From NCBI GenBank assembly GCA_963741205.1, contig CAVUHW010000020.1, positions 192,001 to 256,000 on the forward strand: a DNA stretch of 64,000 nt. The letters run 5' to 3'. Position numbers and translations under genes: made by a program. The DNA is from Nitrospirota bacterium (GTDB taxonomy: Bacteria > Nitrospirota > UBA9217). Shown here piece by piece: positions 20,616 to 30,514 of the stretch (position 1 is its first letter; every line of letters starts with the position of its first letter). The notes under the pieces were generated by a model, which searched no databases, had not been told where the DNA came from, and was given only the letters and a program-made list of their open reading frames with translations.

Positions 20616-20840
20616 ATGAAAGTGAAGGTCAAACTGTTCGCGTCCCTCCGGACCCTGGGCCCTGATGAGCAGGTGCTCGACCTGCCCGCCGGGACGACAA
20701 TCGATGATGTCGTTCATATCCTCAAGATACCCGTGACCATAAGACTCCTAAGGATCGTGAACGGCGAGCACTGGCCCGGGGATCATGCCCTGAAGGATGG
20801 TGACGATCTCGCTCTCTTCCCTCCCATAGCAGGCGGCTGA
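20616..20840 (+). CDS. MoaD/ThiS family sulfur carrier
   Basis: VKLFASLR...FPPIAGG C-terminal Gly-Gly; TATAAT 6 nt upstream of the ATG suggests a leaderless mRNA. Confidence 0.9.
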   Translation: MKVKVKLFASLRTLGPDEQVLDLPAGTTIDDVVHILKIPVTIRLLRIVNGEHWPGDHALKDGDDLALFPPIAGG

Positions 20841-20849
20841 CTTCAGCTT

Positions 20850-21482
20850 TCAGGTCTTGACCGGACCGGCGGCTACGGTAAAAAATATCTGGTTCTTTCC
20901 TGCCAACAATCTGCTTCCTTCCATCATCCCCACTTCGATAGACTCATTGTCGAGCGTAAAGCTGCAGCCCCGCCGGAACTCCTCTGCCCGCTCTGCCAGA
21001 AGATCAGCAAGATCAGGAGATCTGACGAGAACTCCCTGCCGCAACAGTCCCGGCCCCAGTTCGGCCATCATCAGATTGAAGAGCTTTATGGTTACCCAGC
21101 CCTCACCAGGCTTGCACGCTTCACCGGTCTCATGATAGGTGATCACACTGCGGAGCGAGGAGTATGCACCACCCCGCCTAAGCGTTGCGCCAACCAGACC
21201 GGGCAAGGCTGCAGAGAGCGCGAGGACCGAACCGTCGTGTATCATAGCCGAACCGATGTCATCGACCGGTTTACCGTCCAGCATGATGGACTGGATCTTC
21301 TCGATCGTCGCAGGACCTACCCCGAGCTGTTCCTGCAGGAACGCCGCGACCGTGCAGCCTACCCGGCGTCGGATCTTCACCCCCTGCTGAAGCAGCAAGA
21401 AGAACCGCTCTATGAGCGGTCCTTCCACGACGATCGCACATTGGGCGAAAGACAGGTTCTCTGCCGGACTTTTATCGTTCAT
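20850..21482 (-). CDS. Hypothetical protein next to AOR (central ubiquitin/ThiS-like segment)
   Basis: IMLDGKPVDD...DGSVLALSAALPGLVGATLRRGG; start set at the ATG after GAGGA. Confidence 0.55.
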   Translation of the reverse strand: MNDKSPAENLSFAQCAIVVEGPLIERFFLLLQQGVKIRRRVGCTVAAFLQEQLGVGPATIEKIQSIMLDGKPVDDIGSAMIHDGSVLALSAALPGLVGATLRRGGAYSSLRSVITYHETGEACKPGEGWVTIKLFNLMMAELGPGLLRQGVLVRSPDLADLLAERAEEFRRGCSFTLDNESIEVGMMEGSRLLAGKNQIFFTVAAGPVKT

Positions 21483-21513
21483 GCCATCCTCGCCGCCATG
21501 CCGGGCGCACCAT

Positions 21514-21543
21514 AAAAAAGGAGAGACCTTTGTCTCTCCTTTC
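21514..21543 (-). terminator. Rho-independent terminator after aor
   Basis: AAAGGAGAGAC-loop-GTCTCTCCTTT hairpin with a T run on the minus strand. Confidence 0.65.
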
Positions 21544-21563
21544 ATTTGCCATCTCTGCTTCCG

Positions 21564-23301
21564 CTACCAGTTGAAGACCTTGTCCAGGTCCTCGTCCTTG
21601 ACGCCGAAGGTGACGTTGTGCGGGGCGAACTTCTCCGTCTTGAAGAAGTCCGGCAGCCGGTCGTGCTGGGGCGTGAAGCCCGCCCGCGCATTGAAGTCCC
21701 GCTCCATCTTGAGGACCTTCTTTCCGAGGTCGGTCACGCCGTCGGCTGTCAGGTTCAGCCCGTAGAAGGAATTCAGAAGATCGAGAAGGGCCTGGAACGT
21801 ATCAGGCTGATCGAGTATGGCAAAAGCAATGAAAAGGCACATTCCGGTGGAATCAATCGCCGCGGTCGCGATCTGGAGGTTCCGCGAAAGTTCCACCTGC
21901 CCTTCGGGCTTGAGCGCGTTCACATCGCCGCCCACCTTCAGCACGTTCTGGGCCACCGCGTAGCCTGCGGTATGGTCCGCTCCCATGGGGCTCGTTGCAT
22001 AGGTAACGCCGATCCCCTGGACAGCACGGGGATCATAGGCCGGCATCGCCTGGCCTTTGACCACCGGCACCCGCTCGACGCCGAAGACCTTGCCGGTGAC
22101 GGCTGCGCCGCTGCCGAGGATCCTGCCGAGGTACGTGCCCTTGCCGACCTCGTGTATGAAATTGATCGCCGCGTCCGCGTCGCCGAACTTGGCAAGACCT
22201 GCCTCCATGGCGACCGCGATCGTCGCTCCCAGCTCGATCGTATCGACGCCGTAGGTGTCATCCAGAAAATCCATCATGGCGATCTTGTCCATGTCGCTGA
22301 TGCCGCAGTTACCGCCATGCGCCCAGACGGTCTCGTACTCGGGCTGCTTGGTGAGATAATGGCCATCCTTGTCATTGAAGGTGCCGGAACACTGGATGAC
22401 GCAGCCGCGGTGGCAGCCATGGGTCGGGTTCGCCCCGCGCTGTTTCTCTGTTTCCGCCAGCGTTTCGCCGCTGATCTTGGATGCGCCGTCGAAGCGGCCC
22501 TGCTTGAAGTTGTAGGTGGGATAGCCGCCGACCTCGTTCAGGATGTTGGTCAGCACGTTCGTGCCGAAGGCCGGAAGGCCTTGGCCGGTGACCGGATGTT
22601 TCTTCAGGCCTTCGACGAACCGCTTGTTGGCGTCCTGGAACTTTGCCGGGTCCTTGGGCGGCCGCACCGGCATGCCGGTGGCATCGAGAACGATGACCTT
22701 GATGTTCTTGGCGCCCATGACCGCACCCAAGCCCCCGCGTCCGGCGTGGCGGGTCGGCCGAAGCTCCATATCGGTGAACGCGACGGTGGCGGAAGCCATC
22801 TTCATCTCTCCGGCAGGTCCGATCGAGATGCAGCACATCTTGTCGCCGTACTCCTTCTTCATCTTTTCGACCAGATCGTAGTTCGTCAGCATCTTGAGGC
22901 TGTTGTCCTTCGTGATCTTGACCCCATCCTTGTTGATAAACACCTTGTACAGGTCGTCGCTCGTCGGTTTCCCTTCGAGCACGATGGCGCCGTAGCCGAG
23001 CTTTGCAATGACCTGGGAAGCCTGTCCCCCGGAGTTCGCCTCCTTGATGCCCCCGGTAAGCGGGCTCTTGCCGCCCACGGAGATCCGGCCCGACTGAGCG
23101 CCCGCGGTCCCGCTCAGAAGTCCCGGAGCTATCACAAGCTTGTTCTCCGCGCCCAACGGATGGCAGAGGGGCGGCACTTCCTTCGAGACAATCGCCGAGG
23201 TCATGGCCCTGCCCCCGAACCCCGCGTACTCTCCGATCGGCGTCTTCTCTGGCCGTCGGACCTCCTTCTGCTCCCACATTAATGCGCAAAATCTTGTCCA
23301 T
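21564..23301 (-). CDS. aor: Aldehyde:ferredoxin oxidoreductase (tungsten-type AOR family); indel near the N-terminus
   Basis: MDKILRINV start, KSPLTGGIKEANSGG, GRGGLGAVMG, CHRGCVIQC, PEYET and AYDPR. Confidence 0.9.
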
Positions 23302-23535
23302 GGTTGCCTCCCTCAAACTGAAATTAAGATCGTAAATCCCCCCGGTCTATGATTAATGAGCATGAGCATCATGACTTTTTTACATAGATATCATCATAGC
23401 ACAGAATGTATGGTTGTCAATCGATACATCGCCAACGCCTCTGAAAAACGGCATGTATCTCTTCGCCAATCATATTCAGATGGAAGTTGCAAAGCGAACT
23501 CCATCATCACGATCCTGCGCCACGCCGCAGCAGGC

Positions 23536-23569
23536 AAAAAAAACCCGCTCCGGCATGCCGGGGCGGGTT
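23536..23569 (-). terminator. Rho-independent terminator after the alcohol dehydrogenase gene
   Basis: AACCCGC(C/T)CCGGC...GCCGG(A/G)GCGGGTT hairpin with an 8-T tail on the minus strand. Confidence 0.7.
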
Positions 23570-23593
23570 AGCTGTCGCTCGCTGTATCCTTAT

Positions 23594-24762
23594 CTACGCC
23601 GCAGCCTTGTAGATGTTGATCACATCCTCAAGCGACGGGCACCGGGGGTTTGTCAAACCGCAGGCGTCCTTCTGGGCGTTCTCGGCCATGGTCCTGAGGT
23701 CCTTTTCCTTCACTCCCAGCTCGGATAGGCCGGAAGGGATGCCGATGTCCTTTGACAAGGTCTTAATGGCCTCGATCGCCTTTTCCGCCGCGGCCCGGGC
23801 CGACAGGCCTTCCACCTTCTCCCCCATGGCCTTTGCGATGTCCACAAAGCGGTCCATCTTGGCGATCATATTGAAGCGCTCCACATGCGGCAGCAGGATG
23901 GCGTTGCACACCCCATGGGGAAGGTCGTAGAACCCGCCGAGCTGGTGCGCCATGGCATGCACGTGGCCGAGGCTCGCGTTATTGAAGGCCATGCCGGCAA
24001 GGTATTCGGCGTAGGCCATGTTGTCGCGGGCGATCATGTCGCCGCCGTTCGCCACGGCCGCGCGCAGGTTCTGCGAGACCAGTTCGATGGCCTTGAGCGC
24101 GCAGGCGTCGGTCACGGGCGTTGCAATGGTCGATACATAGGCCTCCACCGCGTGGGTCAGGGCGTCCATGCCCGTGGATGCCGTCAGTGCCGGAGGCATG
24201 CCCGCCATCAGCAGCGGGTCGTTGATGGCGATCGTGGGCGTCACCCTCCAGTCTACGATGGCCATCTTCACCTTCCGGCTCGTATCGGTGATGATGCAGA
24301 ACCGGGTCAGTTCGCTCCCCGTTCCCGCCGTGGTGTTGACGGCGATAAAGGGAGGCATGGGTTTCGTGGACTTGTCGACGCCCTCGTAGTCCTTGATACT
24401 GCCGCCGTTTGAAACCACGAGGCCGATCCCTTTGCCGCAGTCGTGGGGGCTGCCCCCGCCGAGCGTGATGATCATGTCACAGCCGTTCTTCTTGATATAC
24501 CTCCACCCCGTCATGGACGTTCTTGTCCGTGGGGTTCGGGACTGTCTCGTCGAAGATCACCGGCTCCAGGCCGGCGTCCTTGCGCACCAGGTCGGCGATC
24601 TTCTGGGTCAGAGCCTGTCTTCGTGATCCCCTTGTCCGTAACGATGAGGGGTTTCTTCGCCCCGAGCGTCTTGATCCTGCCTCCCAGTTCCTTATGCGCG
24701 CCAATCCCCATCAGGGTAACCGTGGGGATGTAAAATCCATACACTTGTTCTCTGATTGCCAT
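23594..24762 (-). CDS. Iron-containing alcohol dehydrogenase (frameshifted)
   Basis: [47 protein letters not shown] and HGVCNA; GGAGGTGA RBS. Confidence 0.9.
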
Positions 24763-24942
24763 ATCCTTCACCTCCTACCCTATTTTTCACAATCACTACT
24801 ACGTCCCTACAGAAGAAAAACAATAAATGATCCTCTCATTCCTCTTAATTCAAAGCTTAGGGGGTCACCCGAGGTTTGTCAACGTCAACCAAAGTAGGAA
24901 CATTAGGAGAAACCAACCTTCCGCTCCGCCTCCGACGAATAG

Positions 24943-27153
24943 TTATTTCTTGACCCCGATCTTTACCGTCGCATCGCTGCTTGGCCTTTTCTGAATCATG
25001 ATTCCCATGCCGTTATCCGTTTCAGCGAATGCCTGACCGCTGCCTTGAAAGGAGTGTTCGCCGGGTCCGTGAGGGTCTATCAAGATGCCGACGCTGCCGC
25101 TTGTAGCTGCGCCCTGGACCAGGGTCCCCCCCTGATAAATATTTTCCCCTCCCTCATCATCGAAAAAGCCGACTCCGAAATCATGCCCCATGCCCTGCCC
25201 TACGCCAAAGGATGAATAGTAGAAATCATTTCCTTTCCGGTCGATGAAGACCCCGACAGAAGAATGGATCCCCGCGCCTTGGGCATAACGTCCGGAAAGG
25301 TATTGGTCGTCGCCGGCCCTGTCGTCCAGAATGCCTAATCCATAGTAATAGGACGAACCCTGGGCAAAATAGTCTGCGATATAGGTGTCGTTTCCTTCTA
25401 TATCAAGAAGCATACCGACGCCTCCCGGCGCTGCGTTGATATTTTTCTCCGATCTCACGCCCTGTCCGAACCCCTGGCCGAAGCTCTGCGTGGACTTCAA
25501 CGGATCGCGGAAGTCCGGTTCTCTGCCCCCCAACTGGTAAAAATCGTTTCCCGCCTCATCGATCAGGATGCCCGCTCCGCCGAAAAGTCCGAGGCCCTGA
25601 CCGCCATAGGAGCAGAGATATTTGCTGTTTCCTTTTCGGTTTATCATGAGCCCGATGCCCATCTGTCCCGTGCCCTGGGAAAACCGGCTCGTGCTGAACA
25701 CGCCATCGCCGTCGCCGTGATACAGAAGGCCCATTCCAAAAAACCCCGCTCCCTGGCTTCCCCCTGATGATAGGAACGTATCCTTCCCGCCGAGATCAAG
25801 GAGAAAGCCGCCGCCCAATACTCCGGCGCCTTGCGAGAGGCTCTCCCTGCCGAGGTAGCGGTCGTTACCTCCCCAGTCGATCACGAGTGCAACGGGCATG
25901 CCGGGTCGGGTCCCTCCCGCATTATTGAGATAAAGATCATCCCCGCCGAGATCAAGGATCAGCGCCGCGTCCTCCGTGTACACATTGGAACCAGTGTTGC
26001 CCACGATCACCTTGCCGATGGGCGTCACTTCTTCATAGAGCAGAGGTCCTTTGTTCGCCGCGAAACGTCTGACGAGGTCATCCTTTAAGAGCTCCAGGTT
26101 GTTCCGGGTAAGAAAGGACAGAAGCGGAGAAAATGCCGTGAAAAGCTTCGCTCGGTCAACCTTCATCGATATTTCCAGAATTCTGTTCCACTCGCTGTCG
26201 TCGGCCGGATCGTTCGCGGACTTTCGCAAGAGATTCTGTTCTTCCGGGGTAAGATTGCCGAGCGCTTCTTCAACATTCTTTTTCGTTTCTGTCATGACCT
26301 GAAGCAATGCGGGAAACGTGATCACGGAAGGCTGCGGCGCAGAAGAAAGCTCGATATCCAACAACGAAGCGGTCCTCCGCATAACCTCCCCCGCGTTCCA
26401 ATTACGTTCCTCAAGAGGGGCAAAGATGCGCTCAGACAGCTCTTTTGCGACTTCGCCTGCCGCCTGCGGATGCCGCATCAGATAGGTCACTTCATCAAGC
26501 TGGAGAGGGTGAAACATTATTTCAAAAGCCGATCCGGGGTTGTGCACCACGTTGGACTTCCGATACAGCTCGTTCAAAATCGTATCGAAGAGAGGAAGCG
26601 CATTTTGAGCAGCCAATGCATTCTGAAGAGTCGAAGCCCGGTCCGGGCACTGTTCGAGTTCAGGGTGACTTGCTTCGGGTTGATTGTGGAGGGGCATCTC
26701 TTCCATTACAACGCTCAGGGAAAACTTTTCGTCTTTGCGCAGAATGTCCAGGGTGGCCCGGGAGCCGATCTTTTGACGCTCGACCATTTTTTTGAAGGAC
26801 AAGATGATATTTCCTTCGTCGACACAGGTAGGCTTGCCGTTTAGGGACAGGATAACATCATTCTCCCGCAGTCCTGCTTTTGCCGCGGGCGATCCGTTCA
26901 TGACCCCGCCGACCTTGATAAAGATGTTGTCCTTGCATGTAAGATCGGTTTGCTCCACTTTCTGGGAAGCCAAATAGGAACCAAGGTAGGTTCTCGGCTC
27001 GAGGGGGGGGAACGATTTTGAAGGCATCGAGACTAAATCGCAATAAGAGAGATGACTTATCGATGGAGCCGCTGCTGATGGCGGGAATTGATGTCCGGCG
27101 CAGGACAAGAGACAAAGGACAAGAAGAATATTGAGAACAGTAACTCTCGACAT
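24943..27153 (-). CDS. Lipoprotein with a PDZ domain and about 11 Gly-rich QGxG...LxDxxG(D/N)DxY repeats
   Basis: LLSC lipobox; GSPAAKAGLRENDVILSLNG (PDZ); C-terminal repeats visible in the translation. Confidence 0.8.
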   Translation of the reverse strand: MSRVTVLNILLVLCLLSCAGHQFPPSAAAPSISHLSYCDLVSMPSKSFPPLEPRTYLGSYLASQKVEQTDLTCKDNIFIKVGGVMNGSPAAKAGLRENDVILSLNGKPTCVDEGNIILSFKKMVERQKIGSRATLDILRKDEKFSLSVVMEEMPLHNQPEASHPELEQCPDRASTLQNALAAQNALPLFDTILNELYRKSNVVHNPGSAFEIMFHPLQLDEVTYLMRHPQAAGEVAKELSERIFAPLEERNWNAGEVMRRTASLLDIELSSAPQPSVITFPALLQVMTETKKNVEEALGNLTPEEQNLLRKSANDPADDSEWNRILEISMKVDRAKLFTAFSPLLSFLTRNNLELLKDDLVRRFAANKGPLLYEEVTPIGKVIVGNTGSNVYTEDAALILDLGGDDLYLNNAGGTRPGMPVALVIDWGGNDRYLGRESLSQGAGVLGGGFLLDLGGKDTFLSSGGSQGAGFFGMGLLYHGDGDGVFSTSRFSQGTGQMGIGLMINRKGNSKYLCSYGGQGLGLFGGAGILIDEAGNDFYQLGGREPDFRDPLKSTQSFGQGFGQGVRSEKNINAAPGGVGMLLDIEGNDTYIADYFAQGSSYYYGLGILDDRAGDDQYLSGRYAQGAGIHSSVGVFIDRKGNDFYYSSFGVGQGMGHDFGVGFFDDEGGENIYQGGTLVQGAATSGSVGILIDPHGPGEHSFQGSGQAFAETDNGMGIMIQKRPSSDATVKIGVKK

Positions 27154-27202
27154 GGTTGTGTATGACTCATGGGACGAAACAAGCGCAGCATCTTAGCCAA
27201 GC

Positions 27203-27670
27203 CTAAAGGCCCTCCCCCTTTTTGCCGGAACCAACCGCCTTGATACTTTTCTCGAAGCGCCCGATCTTTACGAAGAGTAGAAGGCTCAATAGGAAAAGTA
27301 TGAGCCCGATACTCCCTATTGTCAAGGGTCCCATCCAAAGTTGCTTGAAGCTTCCGACCCGGGCATTTACGGGATTCCGGGGGTCAAAAAGGACATCAAC
27401 CGCTTGTCCAACGTCGTACTCGGGAGCGCCTCCTGCCCCGGTGGAGGCGCGGAAGCGCACCGTTACGCTGGTTGCGGTCGAAAATTCAACGATCGGAAAA
27501 TACATAACCTCGGATGTTTTACCGGCCTTCTCCAAGAATTCCTCGACGACAATACCCCGGGTCGGTACGTTGTCCCGGATGATCGGATAACTTTCGAGGC
27601 CCCAGATGGTACCGGCGACGAGGGCAGCCAGACCGATCGTTCCAAAAATAAAGAGTACGGCCCATCTCAC
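27203..27670 (-). CDS. DUF3592 family membrane protein
   Basis: TM helix, YFPIVEF...YDVGQAVDVLFDPRNP, TM helix. Confidence 0.75.
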   Translation of the reverse strand: MRWAVLFIFGTIGLAALVAGTIWGLESYPIIRDNVPTRGIVVEEFLEKAGKTSEVMYFPIVEFSTATSVTVRFRASTGAGGAPEYDVGQAVDVLFDPRNPVNARVGSFKQLWMGPLTIGSIGLILFLLSLLLFVKIGRFEKSIKAVGSGKKGEGL

Positions 27671-27868
27671 GGATTCATTCTCCCTTTCGCGAACAAGGCT
27701 GCGGCTAAATAACCTGACAAGCAGAAGGATACCGGAATCTCATGCTCACACTATGAATATTACAATGGAATGCGTTAAATGGCAATGAGGTACAATCAAG
27801 ACATGATTGTGAGATCCCGCGTCGTGGAAATGCAGCCCGAGGAAGGACATGTTATCTTCCTGGTAAGC

Positions 27869-27904
27869 GAAAAGCCCGCTCAAGGTGCGAGCGGGCTTTC
27901 GTTT
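27869..27904. terminator. Terminator hairpin downstream of bactofilin, possibly bidirectional
   Basis: AAAGCCCGCTC-AAGGTGC-GAGCGGGCTTT. Confidence 0.7.
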
Positions 27905-27947
27905 GGAAAAAGGTAAAGCGCGGAGCATAACAGTGCCTGAGCTGCTG

Positions 27948-28526
27948 CTAAGAATGGAAGAAACCTTTCTTCGGATCCTCTTTTTTTTGTTGTTCGGGTT
28001 TTCGTTCCGGCCCGGCAATCCGTTCCGGTTCGGCACGAGTGACCTTGCCTTCCAATTTCGCTCCCTTTTGAATGCAGAGCGTCTCCTTGTACAAAATCTC
28101 CCCCCTGCCTCGCGCGGCGGCCCCGAGCTCCACCTCGTTGCTCTCAAGGTTGCCTGTGAACTCGCCATTGATGTGGATCTTGTCTTTTGCTTTAATCTTT
28201 CCGCCCAGAAACTTGCCGGTTACATTCACGTACCCTCCGGCGCTGATATTTCCTCCACTCATTTCGCCTTCGATCTCGACGCTGCCGCCCTTGGCATCGA
28301 TGTTCCCCTTGCAAGTGCCTTTGATGAAGATGCTTGCATTGTTTTCGGCAGTGATATTCCCCTCGAGGTCGCCGTTCATCTGCAGGTCCTGGCTGATGAC
28401 CATGTTGCCGGTAACCTTGTTTCCCTTGCATATCATGTTAATTCCCGGCTCGGCGGGTTTAACTGCACTCGCCACGGTATTCTTCTCCGCTACCTTGATC
28501 TCGATCATCTCTTCCTGTTTTATCAT
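27948..28526 (-). CDS. Bactofilin (polymer-forming cytoskeletal protein), extended repeat form
   Basis: Repeated (I/V)xGxxxGxIxA beta-helix units ending IQKGAKLEG. Confidence 0.85.
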   Translation of the reverse strand: MIKQEEMIEIKVAEKNTVASAVKPAEPGINMICKGNKVTGNMVISQDLQMNGDLEGNITAENNASIFIKGTCKGNIDAKGGSVEIEGEMSGGNISAGGYVNVTGKFLGGKIKAKDKIHINGEFTGNLESNEVELGAAARGRGEILYKETLCIQKGAKLEGKVTRAEPERIAGPERKPEQQKKEDPKKGFFHS

Positions 28527-28726
28527 CTTTTATCCTCCGATATCCGTATTCGACCAAACGGCTGGTTCCGTCGCCATATCATGCAAGCCTACGCTATACA
28601 AAAATCCTGTCTGTTCATTCAGGGTTACGTGATGGGAGTATATCGTTATCAAAGAGAGGAGACAATCAGCCTAAAGAAGGAATTTCAAAACGGGGTCTAG
28701 GACTTTTGTCCTAGATGCTTTGAATG

Positions 28727-30347
28727 AAGTCCGCGCATTCCCCCTGCTAGGGGCGAAGCGTCAGGAGGGGGTCAAGCGGACTGTTTTGGATGTGGATTGG
28801 TGCGTTGTCTGTGCTACGAAACGATATGCAATCTTATAATATAGTACCGATGGCTGCAGCGTATTATTGAGTTGCACTATCAGGATTCATCACCTATATT
28901 AGAAATATGGCGGTTTTAAGCGGCATAAAATTCCGTTGCTACCCGACAACGGAGCAGTCCGATATTCTCGCGCAGTGGATGGGCTGCCAGCGGTTTATCT
29001 ACAACGCCAAGGTTGCCGAGGAGCGTTATTTCCGACATTCCGGAATCATTCGCTGTCGCTGACCGGACTACAGCCGCCGATTGATCAGCAATACGCCCAG
29101 TTCAAGGACAAGGAACTCACTCCGTTTCTTACGATGTGCCGTCACAGATCCTAAGGAATGGCGCGACCAAGTTCATGGGCTCCTGCAAGAGTTACCTGAC
29201 AGGTTTGGCTGGTCGTCCTGTTTATAAAAAGAAGGCGGGACGGCAGTCCGTCTGGATTACCAGCGAGCTATTCAGGTTCGTTCCTACTGGAGGCTCAAAA
29301 CAGCGGCAGACCAAAACAATATATGAGCACCGGCTGATGCTTGGCACAAAGTCGGTCGATCTGGGCGAACTTAGTTCAAGGCTCATGATGAGTACGAGGT
29401 TCCGGCGGCTATCACCATTACCCGGGAGTCCGGGAAATGGTATGTCTCGTTCTCCTATGAGAAGCAAGGCACAGTTATGAGCGAGCAGGAACTTCTCGAG
29501 CTTTACGGCGGCATGTCATCAGAGAGTCTCAATACCGTACCCTGGGAATGGACCGAGGGGTTGTAATCCCGCTGGCAACGAGCGACGGTTAGTGCATGAC
29601 TTCCCGGCATCCAAAAAGAGCGACTGGCAAAAAAGGATGCCCGGAAGAAGAGATATCAGAGACAATTGGCGAGGCGGATCAAAGGATCCGGCCGCTTTAA
29701 GCAATCAGCAGCGAATCAGCCCGGTGCCAGGCTATGCTGCCAATGTGAGGCATGATTTCGCGCATAAGGCCAGCCGCAAGCTCGTGGATTCACCCGCGGA
29801 GGTGTTCGTCTTCGAGGACCTCAAGGTCAAGAACATGACCAGAGCGCCAAAACCTAGAAGTCAGCCGGCGGACGTATATTCCGAACGGGGCAAAGGCCAA
29901 GGCCGGTCTCAACAAGTCCATACTCGAATCAGCGTGGGGCAAGGTAAAACTCTTTACGACGTACAAAGCCTCGCGACGCAACAAGCTCGTTATCGCCATA
30001 CCGCCGCACGGCACCTCACAGGAGTGTTCGAAGTGTTCGCACACTCACCCGGACAACCGTCAGTCACAGGCGGTGTTCGATTGCCAGAGCTGTGGCTTTA
30101 CGGAAAACGCCGATACCAATGCGTCTCTCGTTATCAAGAAGCGCGGCATAAAAATGCTCGTATCTGGCGAAATTACCGTAAAGCATCAGGAAACGCGCCA
30201 TGCGGTTAAGGAAGAAGGAAACACTAGGCCGGGAACCGGCCGAAGTTACGCACGGGGAGAGCAGATAAGCACGCCTTGGGAACTACCAGGGACGATGCTT
30301 CATGATCCGTGAACCCCAGACAGTAATTGGTTCAGTGGGGGTATTAT
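28727..30347 (+). mobile_element. IS200/IS605-family (IS1341-like, tnpB-only) element
   Basis: Left hairpin GTCCGC..CCCCCTGCT...AGGAGGGGG..GCGGAC, tnpB, and a structured right end ending GAACCCC...GGGGGTA. No tnpA in the window. Ends approximate. Confidence 0.75.
28907..30230 (+). CDS. tnpB: RNA-guided endonuclease TnpB (several frameshifts; end approximate)
   Basis: MAVLSGIKFRCYPTTEQ...WMGCQRFIYN, RuvC-I LGMDRGV, RuvC-II VFEDL, zinc finger CSKC...CQSCG, RuvC-III NADTNAS. Confidence 0.85.
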
Positions 30348-30365
30348 AGGCTAGGGTCTGTGTAC
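30200..30365 (+). ncRNA. Probable omega/reRNA scaffold of TnpB plus flanking guide
   Basis: Position at the tnpB 3' end and right end; CCGGGAACCGGCCGAAGTTACGCACGGGGAGA...TCCGTGAACCCC can pair (CACGG/CCGTG). Inferred from TnpB biology. Confidence 0.5.
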
Positions 30366-30514
30366 GGTTTTTTCACGCAGAATTTCCGGAGGTGTTCAAA
30401 GAGTGTGATTCAGAAATTACATTTCAACCACGGTGTCATAAAATGAGTGCTACCGACGGTCCGATTCCGACCCCAGTCATTGACGATGCCTTAAACTGCC
30501 CCGGTCGCTCACGT

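Noticed and set aside
23488-23503. Sigma54 promoter for aor (minus strand TGGAGTTCGCTTTGCA)
   Set aside because: GG-N10-GC spacing is right, but the -24 box is a poor match and no supporting sites were seen.
27785-27904. Small RNA with GGA motifs ending at the hairpin
   Set aside because: The hairpin is explained as the bactofilin terminator; only a few GGA motifs and no recognisable family.
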